The notes under the pieces are model-generated. The model made no database searches. It was given only the letters and a program-made list of their open reading frames with translations, and was not told the DNA's origin. A stretch of DNA of 63,270 nucleotides, counting the filler, from Rhabdomonas costata (taxonomy: Eukaryota): NCBI GenBank assembly GCA_019059605.1. It is 54 parts of 54 records of this genome, joined end to end, with 100 filler letters (N's around TTAATTAATTAA, not from the genome) between each part and the next. Parts side by side here need not be neighbours in the genome. Positions count along the whole stretch, not along the records: positions 48,115 to 49,187 come from JAHMHO010030022.1; positions 49,288 to 50,361 come from JAHMHO010030023.1; positions 50,462 to 51,535 come from JAHMHO010030024.1; positions 51,636 to 52,709 come from JAHMHO010030025.1; positions 52,810 to 53,883 come from JAHMHO010030026.1; positions 53,984 to 55,057 come from JAHMHO010030027.1; positions 55,158 to 56,231 come from JAHMHO010030028.1; positions 56,332 to 57,404 come from JAHMHO010030029.1; 46 more parts are not named here. The stretch is one strand, 5' to 3'. The number at the start of each line of letters is the position of its first letter. Position 1 is the stretch's first letter. The position numbers and the translations under genes are program-made. Of the stretch, positions 48,913-60,612 are shown one piece after another.

Positions 48913-50776
48913 GGAAATAGAAGAATAGCTCTTTAGCCACTCCCGAAGCTTCAAATCATCACTGCAGAGCTCCAAGACATCACAATTAGTGATCATCCTC
49001 AAGAAGGAGCAATAAAGGGAAAAAGGTTCACTGCGGTCGGAGTGCCTTATATTATCCAGCTCTCACGCGTTATGACACATGCGGGCTCATTGCTCCTGGT
49101 CAAAGCAACAACAACCGAAAATAACTGTGCAGCCCCCTCGGTGCTCTTCCCTCCCCCTTCTTGATTTCGATTTCGATTTCGCCACTCNNNNNNNNNNNNN
49201 NNNNNNNNNNNNNNNNNNNNNNNNNNNNNNNTTAATTAATTAANNNNNNNNNNNNNNNNNNNNNNNNNNNNNNNNNNNNNNNNNNNNGGTTTGTGGGGGC
49301 GAAGGAGATGCTGAAGGGAACCTGCTGTTTGCCCAGCTTCGCGCACGTGGGGAAGACCATTGAGCGCGTTCCCACTCACTGCAAAGAAAAATGAAGACGA
49401 ACAACAGGTTGCATCACCTGAAAAGCTCACCACGGCTTCCGCTTGCAGTGCTCCTCCGGGGTTGCCTTTGCTAGCATTATGGGAACTAGTGGTGGCCTTT
49501 GCAACATAGTTGCCATCAGTCATCGTGGTTGTCAACTACAACGACGACAGCTACACCCAAAAAAGGAAACCAGCGGAATATTGCAGCCAGCGGTTTTCAA
49601 GCAATCCCGTGATGTGAACTTTGGCAAGTAACCGGCAACGAACAACAGCAAAGAGCACTCGCACATCCAAAAAAAACATCCGAGAAGAGCCCGTTGTGCT
49701 GAATAATGGTCATGGGTAGTCTTTTTCACCATCCCCATGAAAGTACAAATGACATTTTATTGGTACTGCGATTGCATCTCTCTCAGGCTCGGGCATATCT
49801 ACCCGGGTGCTCCACGATAATAGTATACACAAGCAACTCAATGCAAAAGGGCTACAAAGAACAGTTCGGGCACCCCATTTACGGTGATGACAGCTCTACT
49901 TCAAACGACAACATCCAACCATGATGGAAAACTATATGTCTGTACTTCGTGGCCCACCCGGTACTTGCTGGTGACCTTGATGTGACCCAATGAGATACGA
50001 TGCACAGTGACAGCTCAAAGCCACAGGCAATGGATAGCGCTTCTTTCCTGCCTCTATCTGCCCTCATAACAGAAACCTGCCCGGGGCCGTACGGCTCCCC
50101 CAAGCCCGCGCTGCGGGCTGTCCGACCCATGCGCGCACATCGGCGTGCCCTCTGCGCTGCTGCTGATCTCTGAGTTGCTCCTTCCCCGAGACACGCTCTC
50201 GTCCTCCTCCAGCGCTCTCCTCTGCAGATCCATATTCAGCCGCTCCGTCGAAATCATCGACATGGGCGCCGCAGCCACCGAAGACGGGCCGGATGACGAT
50301 GATGAAGCACCAGACGACGAGGAGGAAGCTGCCGCTGCTGCAGGCTTGGGCACCAAACCCANNNNNNNNNNNNNNNNNNNNNNNNNNNNNNNNNNNNNNN
50401 NNNNNTTAATTAATTAANNNNNNNNNNNNNNNNNNNNNNNNNNNNNNNNNNNNNNNNNNNNTGTGTGGTTGTGCTGACAGCGGACTCCGCGCCACTGCGT
50501 TGAGAGACGCTGTTCCTTTGGACATATATATTTGTTTTTGCGAAAATATTTAACAAAAACAAACAGTAAGTAAAAAAATAAATATAGTTGTAAAATGCAT
50601 AACAAAATCATTGTCAGATTTATCACATTTATCAATCATTAAAGAGCTGATGGTGTCGTTATCAAATAAATGTAAAGAATGTAAGAAACATTTTTTTGGC
50701 TTGAAAATATTTTTTATGTTGTAATAAATTAAGTCCTGATTCATAATTTTGAATAAAATCAGTTAATTTCATGTCA

Positions 50777-51215
50777 TAAATACTAAAAGGAATACCATTT
50801 GTATCACATAATACGGATATTTTGACAGATTTTTTTATTTTGGTAATATTTGCCAATACATTCAACACCAAATAAATTAACAATAACAGAGGAGTCGATA
50901 ATAAAAATATTTTTTCTTTCTTTTGTTTTGATAATATTTGGTAGAATAAGACATTAATAATTCTTTATAAGCAGTTTCAAATAGATGTAGATGTTGCCAT
51001 TTTTAAAAACTTTAAAAATCGTAGAATAGTGATTAGGTTTTGTTGTATTTGAATGAATAGGATTTTTGGTGACTTCTCTCCATGAAATACCATTTTTTAG
51101 ACAGTAAATAATTGTTTTTAGGTAATATTCATTTGAATAAGTAGAACGTCGAATGGGCGGTGATAATTTAGATGATAATTCATCTTAATTTATTTGATAT
51201 AATATAGAATATAAT
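50777..51215 (-). pseudogene. Frameshifted IS5-family (IS4 superfamily) DDE transposase, AT-rich
   Basis: YSNEYYLKTIFYCLKNGISWRE...HYSTIFKVFK/KWQHLHLFE...FIIDSS...KISVLCDTNGIPFSI across three frameshifts at A/T runs. Confidence 0.8.
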
Positions 51216-51284
51216 TTTTTGTTTATATTCTTTTTATAAAAGAACAAATAAAAAATAAATAAAAATTATTAATTCCACAACTCC

Positions 51285-51535
51285 AATATATAACAACAAC
51301 TGATATGTTTCAGAGGCCATTGATGAATGGCATTCATCAATAATAACAAATTTTGGAATAATATGTTTTTTAAATTCTTAAAATTAAATTTATAAATATT
51401 AGATGTTTTTGTTGTTAAATATGCTCGATTAATGATAATAAATAATGGTTTTTCATGTGGAACATTTGATTTTTTATGCAGTTGTATTCTTTTTGATGTT
51501 TATAAACATAACTTCTAACATCAAATTTTGACATA
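51285..51535 (-). pseudogene. Decayed superfamily-2 helicase (DEXH/ResIII-like), AT-rich
   Basis: KPLFIIINRAYLT, then after a disrupted stretch IPKFVIIDECHSS (Walker B DECH). Confidence 0.65.
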
Positions 51536-51635
51536 NNNNNNNNNNNNNNNNNNNNNNNNNNNNNNNNNNNNNNNNNNNNTTAATTAATTAANNNNNNNNN
51601 NNNNNNNNNNNNNNNNNNNNNNNNNNNNNNNNNNN

Positions 51636-52306
51636 GTTTGGTCCTGCTGGAATGGCCACCGCGACACCGCCGAGCTTCTGCTGCGCAGACGGGCCGACGT
51701 CAACGTTGCGATGAACGATGGGGTCACGCCTCTTTTCATGGCTTGTCAAAATGGCCACCGGCTTTGGCCGACTACTCGGGAGCGTTCTCCACAGAAAGTG
51801 AATCGTCTCCTCCAACAGCAAACCTATGGTCCTCTACCCGCATCCTCTGCGACCACGACACTGCCGAGCTGCTGCTGCAGAAAAAGGCCGACGTCAATCT
51901 GGCAAAGAAAGACGGGGCCCCGCCTCTTTTCATGGCATGCGAGAAGGGTCACCGTGACATCGCGGAGCTGCTGCTGCACAGCCGTGCCGACGTCAACCTG
52001 AAGCAGAGAGAAGGGGCCCCACCTCTTTTCGTGGCCTGCGAGAAGGGTCGCCGTGACATCGCGGAGCTGCTGCTGCACAGCCGTGCCGACGCCAACGTGG
52101 CGAGGAACGATGGGACCACCCCTCTGATTATGGCAGTATGCAACGGCCACACTGAGGTTGTCGCTGTGCTGGCGGATCACGGTGCGGACTTGGCAGCGAA
52201 GTTCAGTGGGGCGGACGCTGCGGAGTGGGCGCGACGGCAGGGCCACGGCGCGGTGGAGGAGCTGCTGCGGCAGAGGCTTTCACAGCGGCAGCCAAAGTCG
52301 ACTTAA
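51636..52306 (+). CDS. Ankyrin-repeat protein, C-terminal part, interrupted by a 95-nt insert
   Basis: 33-aa repeats G.TPLFMAC..GH.D.AELLL...ADVN; removing 51761-51855 restores GHRDTAELLL. Confidence 0.9.
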
Positions 52307-52682
52307 AAACGGTGAAAGTGTGAACGGAAGAACAAGGAGAGAGACACGCGCAGGAAGAGGTTTGGTTACTTTTCTTGTGTGATTTCTGTGTGTGCATAGG
52401 AAAAGTGCGCTGGCTCTTCCGGCTCTTCTCGCGCGTTTCCCAGTCCAAAAGTTGTTTTTATTCGCAGGATCTTCTGAAGTCGTGGCACGCAATGTCAAAG
52501 CATTTTCTTCGCTAAGAGAATGATATCTCCAAAGACGCTAAGAACACCAACGAATGGAAGTTTCCCACAGAAAGTGTCCCAAGGGCGTACCTTTGACTAT
52601 GAAGTGGGGAGTGCCTTTGTGGCAATGTAATCTTATCGGCTTGCACAAGGAATGACATTTGGCACAGTTGGTTGGTCCTATT

Positions 52683-52709
52683 ACTACTACTACTACTACT
52701 ACTACTACT
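52683..52709 (+). repeat. (ACT)n microsatellite at contig end
   Basis: Seen directly. Confidence 0.95.
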
Positions 52710-52876
52710 NNNNNNNNNNNNNNNNNNNNNNNNNNNNNNNNNNNNNNNNNNNNTTAATTAATTAANNNNNNNNNNNNNNNNNNNNNNNNNNNNNNNNNNN
52801 NNNNNNNNNGGGGTTTGGGTGTGGCTTGTGCTAAGGGTTCACCTGGGTTTTGACCGCTGCCATCCGCCTTTCTTAG

Positions 52877-53780
52877 GTTGACATGCGGTTTGAGAAGTAC
52901 AACGGCAAAATCTTCCACGAGAACTTTGATAAGTGCAAGTCCATAAAAAATCCGCTGCCTCTTGGTTTGCTGTTTGAAGATAAAGCTTGAGTTCTGCATG
53001 CCAAAGTGGTGAAATATGCATGAACAGGACTGAGAGTTGACTAGGATGAAAAGAAGAAAAATCAAAAAATGACAAGATCAGAGAGTTCGGCAGCGAACGA
53101 AGGAAGCGGCTCTGAAAACTGTTCATTGCATCTTTTGCCGGATGTATGGCGATTTTCTTGACGGCTTTTTCTTTTGCACAAACACAGATGAGCTGGTGAC
53201 GGAGCGGGTGAAGGTGGAGACCTGGGTCGAGGGGGTGCCCGTGTCCCGGTTCTTCTGCACGGACGTCATTGTTCCGGGGGAGTTCCACCGCAGCTCAGAC
53301 CTGCAGCGCAAGCTGGCCAACATTGGGGTGGCGGTCTTCATGCAGATGATGGTGACCGACAACTGGTTTCACGCCGATCTGCATCCGGGTTCTTTTCCTC
53401 CTCCTCCTCCCTCTCGTTTTCCTTTCTTGATGTGACTCTTGCTATGCCACTCGTGTGATCGCCTCTCTTTCCCGTCGAGCCAGCTGCTTGAGTGGAGGAA
53501 TGGGCTGGAAATCACTGAAGATTGGTCTGCATTTGCGTACACATCGATCATGCAGAATGCAATCGAACACCCCTTGATTTGCCATGCTCCAGCTGCTCCT
53601 TCCCGACCGACGTTGACCCTTCATTGGCTCAACCCCTGTGTGTGTATGGCTTCAGGCAACATTTTGGTCAGCTTCAAGGATGGAAACCAGAGCAAGCCCG
53701 TGATTTCGTTGGTGGACACGGGCATTGTGCAGACTTTGACCGAGGAGCAGCACCAGGTGGTGCTGATGTTGATGTCCGGG
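52877..53780 (+). CDS. ABC1/UbiB atypical kinase (ADCK2-like), exons 52877-52964, 53188-53388, 53656-53780
   Basis: VDMRFE..N...F.ENF; VETWVEGVPV; FMQMMVTDNWFHADLHPG|NILV; LVDTGIV; all introns GT-AG and in phase. Confidence 0.92.
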
Positions 53781-56611
53781 GTGCGTTGCCAGCCCAGCCC
53801 TCTGCCCCCTCTCCTCAGCCACCACCACTACCATTAGGACAAGACAAAGAGCTGCAGGAATGCTACAACAATGTCACCCAAAANNNNNNNNNNNNNNNNN
53901 NNNNNNNNNNNNNNNNNNNNNNNNNNNTTAATTAATTAANNNNNNNNNNNNNNNNNNNNNNNNNNNNNNNNNNNNNNNNNNNNTGTTGTTGGGACGTCCA
54001 GAAAGGAATGCAGGCGGCTAGCAGTTACAAGGGCTGTAGAGATCCGAAAAGGGACATCAACTACATTCCTATCCTGGACGTCCCAAAATCACTAATCAAA
54101 TTTATCACTCCACTCCAAAGGGAATCTGAAGCGGTGTGTGCGTAGAGCGTATGAGCAAATGTGATGGTGTGTCAGCAGCGTGAAGTTGGGAGTTGTTTCA
54201 GAGGATAGGAGTAGTGTGACCCACTCTTCACTGTTCGATCGGTGGGCAGTAATCTCTCTTTTGAACAAACCCCGCCCAAGTCACCGCCTGTCAGCTCCCA
54301 GGCGCTCCAGAAAAACGTAGTACAACAGCACAGCATCCCATTGTGGTAGTGAAACTGAACATCACCTGACATACAGCCGTGGCAAAGTCAGAAGAAGGCA
54401 TCTTGCTCTGCAGGTCGTGTGGGCAACGACACGCTGCAGAAAGGGGAAATGAGTGGGGAAGCGAGGAGAGTGTTCTACAAGTTGGCCAAGGCAGTGTCCG
54501 CGCTGGCAATCAGTTCGGTCGCCGTGCGAAGTTCTTCAGCAGCCGAAGCCTGCAGCTCCTCTGTGTTCGAGCTCTGCAATTGTAACAAAAGAAGAACGAG
54601 GGCGGAACTAACTTTTCTGGCTTACTGCGCTTGTGAGCTGTATGTTACCGGTGTCTTTTCTCAGGTCCCTATTTTAGTATGGATACTCGGCATGTGCTGG
54701 TCAAACTCACTGATAGTGCATCGGTCACAGTGGGTCAAGGCATGTCAGACTCGCCCTTGTGATTGAGCAAGGCCAGCACGAGTCCGTGTGACTACTACTC
54801 ATAGGGTGACTCCCCTTGGGACTTCGATGTGGGTGAAAAAACACGGATTCACCAACCAACTCTGGGCACAAACTTGTGGCTCGAAGGCGAATGACGACAG
54901 ACAGGAAATGGTATTGGCTCATTGAGGCTCAAGGGAAAAACCGACAACGGGCCACCTTTGACTCGATACCGCCGATAAAAATAAACGCCACTTCAAATGC
55001 GCCCATACCCGCATAAGAAAGCGGGAAGCTTCTTGGGACAAAACCACCCAACACACCNNNNNNNNNNNNNNNNNNNNNNNNNNNNNNNNNNNNNNNNNNN
55101 NTTAATTAATTAANNNNNNNNNNNNNNNNNNNNNNNNNNNNNNNNNNNNNNNNNNNNTAGAGCTCTGCCGCGCGTGTAAACCAAATACGAAAAAAGTCAT
55201 CTCAACTCGTTCAGTTACAACTACATCCCAGCAAGTGACAGCAGCGCATGAAAAAATTCCTCCGACGCCAGCCCTCCATTCCGCTAAGGATAGGATTCAC
55301 ACACACAGGCAAAACTGGTCAAGCAAGCCGTCCACAGCTATTTCCAATTCATCCCGTTCGTATGCCTCACGGGGTTAGCCAATGTCGCACTAATGAAGCC
55401 ACCCCAACAACTCGTTCCAAAAAGGAACCACGCTCTGTCGGCATGGAAAGAAGAATGGGTTCCCCGGCCTAAAGAGAACGCGTCAAATGATGGCTTCAGC
55501 TCCGAAGCTCTCGACGACCGATCAAAACCAGACCCATTTCCCACGGCTGCCTGGCAGAAACACTTCTTAATCGCATCTTCCATGCTGCAATGGCAGCTTC
55601 ATCTTCAGTTGGCATCGCCGATGGAGTGGATTCCACTCGCTCGACGGAAACTTGTCGTTTCGCAGGTGGTCTTCTCAGAGTGGCCTGCCTTATTTGCACA
55701 GCGCGTTCAGCATGAAATTGTTGAACTCATTATAGACAACGCACTTGAAATGGATCGAATCGTAGGCGTACCTATAGAGTGCAAAACGAATCCGGAAACA
55801 CAGAAAACAACCCAAATGTTTCTCATGCTTGCTTCGCAAACAAAAGGGGAAGAATATGGGAGGGATTACTCCACAGAAAGGGATAATCTTTACCTTCCTC
55901 CCATTTCCCCCATTTTCAGATCCGCATGCCTCATAAGTCCAACCCTGGGCAGACACATCGGCACCCTCAATGGTTGCTGCTGGGCAAACCAAGGAATCTT
56001 TATTACTTGTACATCCCAAAATCAATTTTTTTTGGGAAAAGAGTCACAGCGGCAGCGAATAGAGTGTTCAAGGGCCGCAAGAAAGGCAATGCACCTGGTT
56101 TACGCTGGTTGGCAAGGAAGGAAAAAGACACGATGGAGTATGCGCCATGGTCAAGTAATCATAGCGTGAAAAAGAGTGGAGAACACATGCCGTGGATGTG
56201 CTGTGATCCAAAAGGGGGTAAAGGAAACAAANNNNNNNNNNNNNNNNNNNNNNNNNNNNNNNNNNNNNNNNNNNNTTAATTAATTAANNNNNNNNNNNNN
56301 NNNNNNNNNNNNNNNNNNNNNNNNNNNNNNNTGTTGGGGTTTTTGTTGGTGATGCGTGGAAGTGAATGGGTGTTGATTTTTTGTTGTGCTCTAAGCAGAA
56401 CTGCCGCGTAACCAGAGGTTCTGCGGGTTCCCTCTGGGCTCAGCAAAAGAAAAGTGTGTTAGATGGATGAGTGGCAGCCGTGCCTTTGGTATGAGGTTGA
56501 GGGTTACCTGAGGAGTTCAACCTGCATTGGACCTGCATGGGTTGAAGCCCTGTGAGTGAACTGTGAGTGAGTCAGTGACTAGGTGCTTGGGTGGGTGTTT
56601 ATGTGTGGCAG

Positions 56612-57150
56612 ATCGGGAGCTGCTGCAGGCCCTGCAGGCACGTGGGGTGCGGAAGGAGAACCCTTACCAGCATGGAGGGGAGGATTTCCACGAGTTCTGG
56701 CTGCCCGACGTGGTGGAGATGGCGAAGTCCAAGTACGGCGAGGAGGCCCTGGTGCAACGGTGGCTGTGTTGTTTGCCGCGTGCCTGTCCCTCGACGAGCG
56801 CGCATGCGTGCGTGCGGGGGGGGGGGATCTCAAAGAAGCTCAGTCAGTGCAGAGTTCTTTATACCCAGGAGGATGGAGGAGTGCCTTGTCTCAATCGTTG
56901 TCTGTTGAACCCACTGGAGGGGTGGGTTAAAATTTCACATGTTCCCGCGCCTAATGCGCGCACGCACACACACATTGAGCTGCCCGTTGCCCATTCGCCC
57001 ATCCGAAAGAATAGATCAAAGGCAACAGCCAGCGCGCTATGCGGCCTACACACACACGTACGCACAGATACCGCGACTACATTAGCGGAGATCTCTCCCA
57101 GGAGTCCATCCGTGTCATCTATGGCTTCGACAAGGACACCCTTCAAAAGG
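56612..57150 (+). CDS. Unknown protein, exons 56612-56759 and from 57068
   Basis: Phase-2 GT-AG intron joins ...SKYGEEALVQR to YRDYISGDLSQESIRVIYGFDKD; coding-like codons. Confidence 0.6.
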
Positions 57151-58687
57151 CTAGGGAGCCCCGCCGGGCCAGGTCCTCCGCTGGAAAAGGTGCGCGTTTG
57201 GTCTGCTTGACGTTCGTCAATCCATCTGTTCGTCTCTCCGAGCCAATGGGTACGGGGAGGAACCTAAGGTAAACTGCCCGGTTTTGCGGCGGCGGCCGAG
57301 TCCCACGATGTCCGAGTGCTCCATTTGGGAGGAGGCAGGCAATGCTTCTACTTCTTCCCGCAAATCAAATCAGTAGCGACAAGGTGAACTAAGCTATGCA
57401 GATGNNNNNNNNNNNNNNNNNNNNNNNNNNNNNNNNNNNNNNNNNNNNTTAATTAATTAANNNNNNNNNNNNNNNNNNNNNNNNNNNNNNNNNNNNNNNN
57501 NNNNGTTTTGGGGGTCGTACGTTGGGTCAGGGGGGTCAGGGTGCGTTACTGGAGGGTGCGTTGGGTCAGGGTGTTGGTGTGACTGCTGCTTCTGTGCCCG
57601 CTTCTGTGTCTGTGGCCACGCACCACACCAAACAAGCACACAAGCAACACAGCCATCACCGCAATACCCAAAGCCTTGTGAGGAATCGCACGAATCACAC
57701 CGTAGAAAGGCAAGAACTACCACTCAGGAGCAATCAACGCAGGAGTGACCATAGGGTTAGCAGGCACATAGTTATCCGGATGACCGAAGCGATCTTGGTC
57801 CCAGAAGGCACGCATACCCAGAATCAGCGCAGGAATACACACGATAGCAGCATGACGACCCAACAACAGTGGCTAGAAGTTCACACGATCCGACCTACCG
57901 ACGAACAACCCTGCACCAAACACACACCCCACCTGACCCGTAGAATTCACCAAATGCAACACCAACAGATGGACAAGCACGAGCACGGTAAGCACCATGG
58001 GTAAGAGGAAATGCACACCGAAACACCGTTTCACCGTAGCCCCTCACACCACCCCACAACAACTCCAAGATCTGTACACCCACCACAGAGAGCAAATCAC
58101 CACCAAAGCCCACAGAGTCATCTGACCCTACACCAACGAATACCCCGTAAAGCAAGCACCACACAGCAACAACCAGATACCCACACCAATACACCAGATC
58201 GCACCACGAGACAACGAAGAGCCATGCAACAAACAACCGATCATATGAGCACGTACACGCACATGAAGAACACAGAAGCACCATTCGCATTAAGACCGCG
58301 CAACACCACCCCAGCATCCAATTCCCAACCCACAGCCACCACACTCGAAAACGCTCACTCGGCAGAAGGACAGAAGGACAATACCAACACGCTAGCGCAA
58401 ACCACACACATTCCTGCACAGAACCCCAATGACAAGCCTGGAGACAACAACGCCGACGCCGAGTCTACTTGCAACACAGCGGAAGAACCCAGTAGCACAA
58501 CGGAACCCAGGATACCAAAGACCGACACCGACACCGAACCCAGACACAGAAGGCCGACTCCGAAACCGAACCCAAAACNNNNNNNNNNNNNNNNNNNNNN
58601 NNNNNNNNNNNNNNNNNNNNNNTTAATTAATTAANNNNNNNNNNNNNNNNNNNNNNNNNNNNNNNNNNNNNNNNNNNNGGGGTGGGG

Positions 58688-58761
58688 GTCACGAACAATT
58701 CTCCTCCGAAAAAGCGCACATTGACGCGTGCACACCTCTTCGGAGGAGAATTGTTCGTGAC
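58688..58761. repeat. 23-bp perfect inverted repeat
   Basis: GTCACGAACAATTCTCCTCCGAA / TTCGGAGGAGAATTGTTCGTGAC. Confidence 0.92.
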
Positions 58762-60035
58762 GCCCTCCTCCAGAAACATGTCCCGCTGCATAAGACACGC
58801 AGGAATTGCGAAAAAGCCCACCCCCACAAAGGCAGATCGACAAACAAGAGCCAGGTCCTCCAAACTTTGTTTTTACAGAAGTCTCCAAAATCAGAATGAA
58901 CATGAAAATTCGCAGCAGTCGGGATAAACATGCTAACAAAACGCGATGACTGCTAATGGGTCGGCAGATAATATCGAAGCAAAACAAATTATGGGCCTAT
59001 CACTGAGGTGGTGAATGCCCTTCGGGTCTTCTGTTTTTTGTCATCAGGTCTGAGCCAGTGGGGGACAGCGGAGCAAAGGTATGCGCATCGTATATGCGGC
59101 GGTGACTTGATCAACACCTGGGGGAGAAATCCAGGGGTGAGGGCTGGGCAGCTCATCCTCATACACTGGCCCCAGAGACTCCGCACACAGCTCGCTGGGA
59201 CGTGGGGCGTCGCGGAGCATTGTAACACTCGGAGGCAAAAAAAAAAGAGCCTTCAAAAAGTAATCGATGACGAAAAGTAGATGGAGGAGGGGAGAGATAA
59301 TTCAGGCACAGTGGTTTCTCCCCTTAGCACAGTACTTCACTGCTATCAAGGCACTATGAAGACCGAAGTGAAAGCTTTCTGGCTGGTCAACCACCACAAA
59401 AAATGGAATATGCTAGGTCGTCCCACACTTAGCGTTTCGGAAGGCTGCCAGCTCCCAAGTTTACCAAAACTTCGAATCAAAGTCCGCCTCTAACAGTGGA
59501 GAACGTAACAAAAGGACGCCATTGAGTGTACCACATTGTGTGTGCCACATAAAAAGCGAGCTGCACACATACCGCACTACCACATACACAAAGGTTGGCG
59601 GCAGCACCCTGTTAGAGCAACAGCCCGGCCGCGAAGGGGGAAGTCTCCTTCGCTGTGGACCGACACCTGGCTCCGGATCGGAGGTTCCTCGGATCAAAAA
59701 AAGCTCTGGGGAGCATTCATACCGAACGCTAACTCATTAACAAAAACAAACNNNNNNNNNNNNNNNNNNNNNNNNNNNNNNNNNNNNNNNNNNNNTTAAT
59801 TAATTAANNNNNNNNNNNNNNNNNNNNNNNNNNNNNNNNNNNNNNNNNNNNTGTTGTTTGTAAGGCTACTGATATGTATTATGTAATGCTGTGTATTATC
59901 TTGAAACATAAATATTTGAATGGACATTTTGCTTCACTTTTCCGCCGCTCAGAATGTCCCGTGTCGAAATCAGATCATACACTGAGGAAGGCATCAGGCT
60001 GGGTCGATCTAAGCGGCGCATGAGAAGAAACGCAC

Positions 60036-60196
60036 CTCGAGACGGAGTTCCTTCCAGAAGGGCTCGATGGGCTGCTCCACCAAAGTCATCGGCTGCGGTG
60101 AGAACAGGCTTAGCAAGAAAGGGGACTCCTGGGCTGCGGTGTAGGTCGAGGGCACGAGCCAGTACGAACCTTCCGCAACGAATCCTTCGAAGGTCA
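60036..60196 (-). CDS. Calpain domain III-like exon
   Basis: EGSYWLVPSTY...ESPFLLSLFS matches G.Y.IVPSTF....FLL.VFS; CCCAG acceptor, GTGCGT donor. Confidence 0.78.
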
Positions 60197-60579
60197 CTGG
60201 GGAGAGCAAATATTAAACAGGAGCGAATTTTCGTCCCACGAGAGACTATTTCATAATCAACGGGGGCAAGGTTTCCTCCTCCCTTTGCTTCTCTGAGTTG
60301 GGGTAAGGATCTGGGCAGCGCCGCTCGAGATCTCTTTTCGTGGGTTGCGAGTGTCTTTCAGCAGCCGCACTTGCCGGTGCCCGGGTGTGTTTTCGGGTGT
60401 TCTTTATTGTTATTTTAACATTTGCAGGTGCATGGGACCCTCACAAGAGGATTGTGGGGATCTCCTTGCGACAGGTAGTATGCTAGGGACATCTTTTCTT
60501 TTCAGCCATCATTCGGGTCACTTTCTGCCTTTCTTCTTTCAGCACGCTGTCCCCCAAATCCAAAACACATTCCATAATT

Positions 60580-60612
60580 CCCTAGCCCTAAACCTAACCC
60601 TAAACCTAAACC
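60580..60612 (+). repeat. Degenerate interstitial (CCCTAA)n telomere-like tract
   Basis: CCCTAG CCCTAA ACCTAA CCCTAA ACCTAA ACC. Confidence 0.7.

Noticed and set aside
55393-56169. 258-aa intronless ORF
   Set aside because: No recognisable domain and low GC3 unlike host exons; a faint NLY.PP resemblance to DIRS methylase is too weak to call.
57522-58634. H/T/Q-rich ORFs
   Set aside because: Stops are rare simply because the strand is T-poor.
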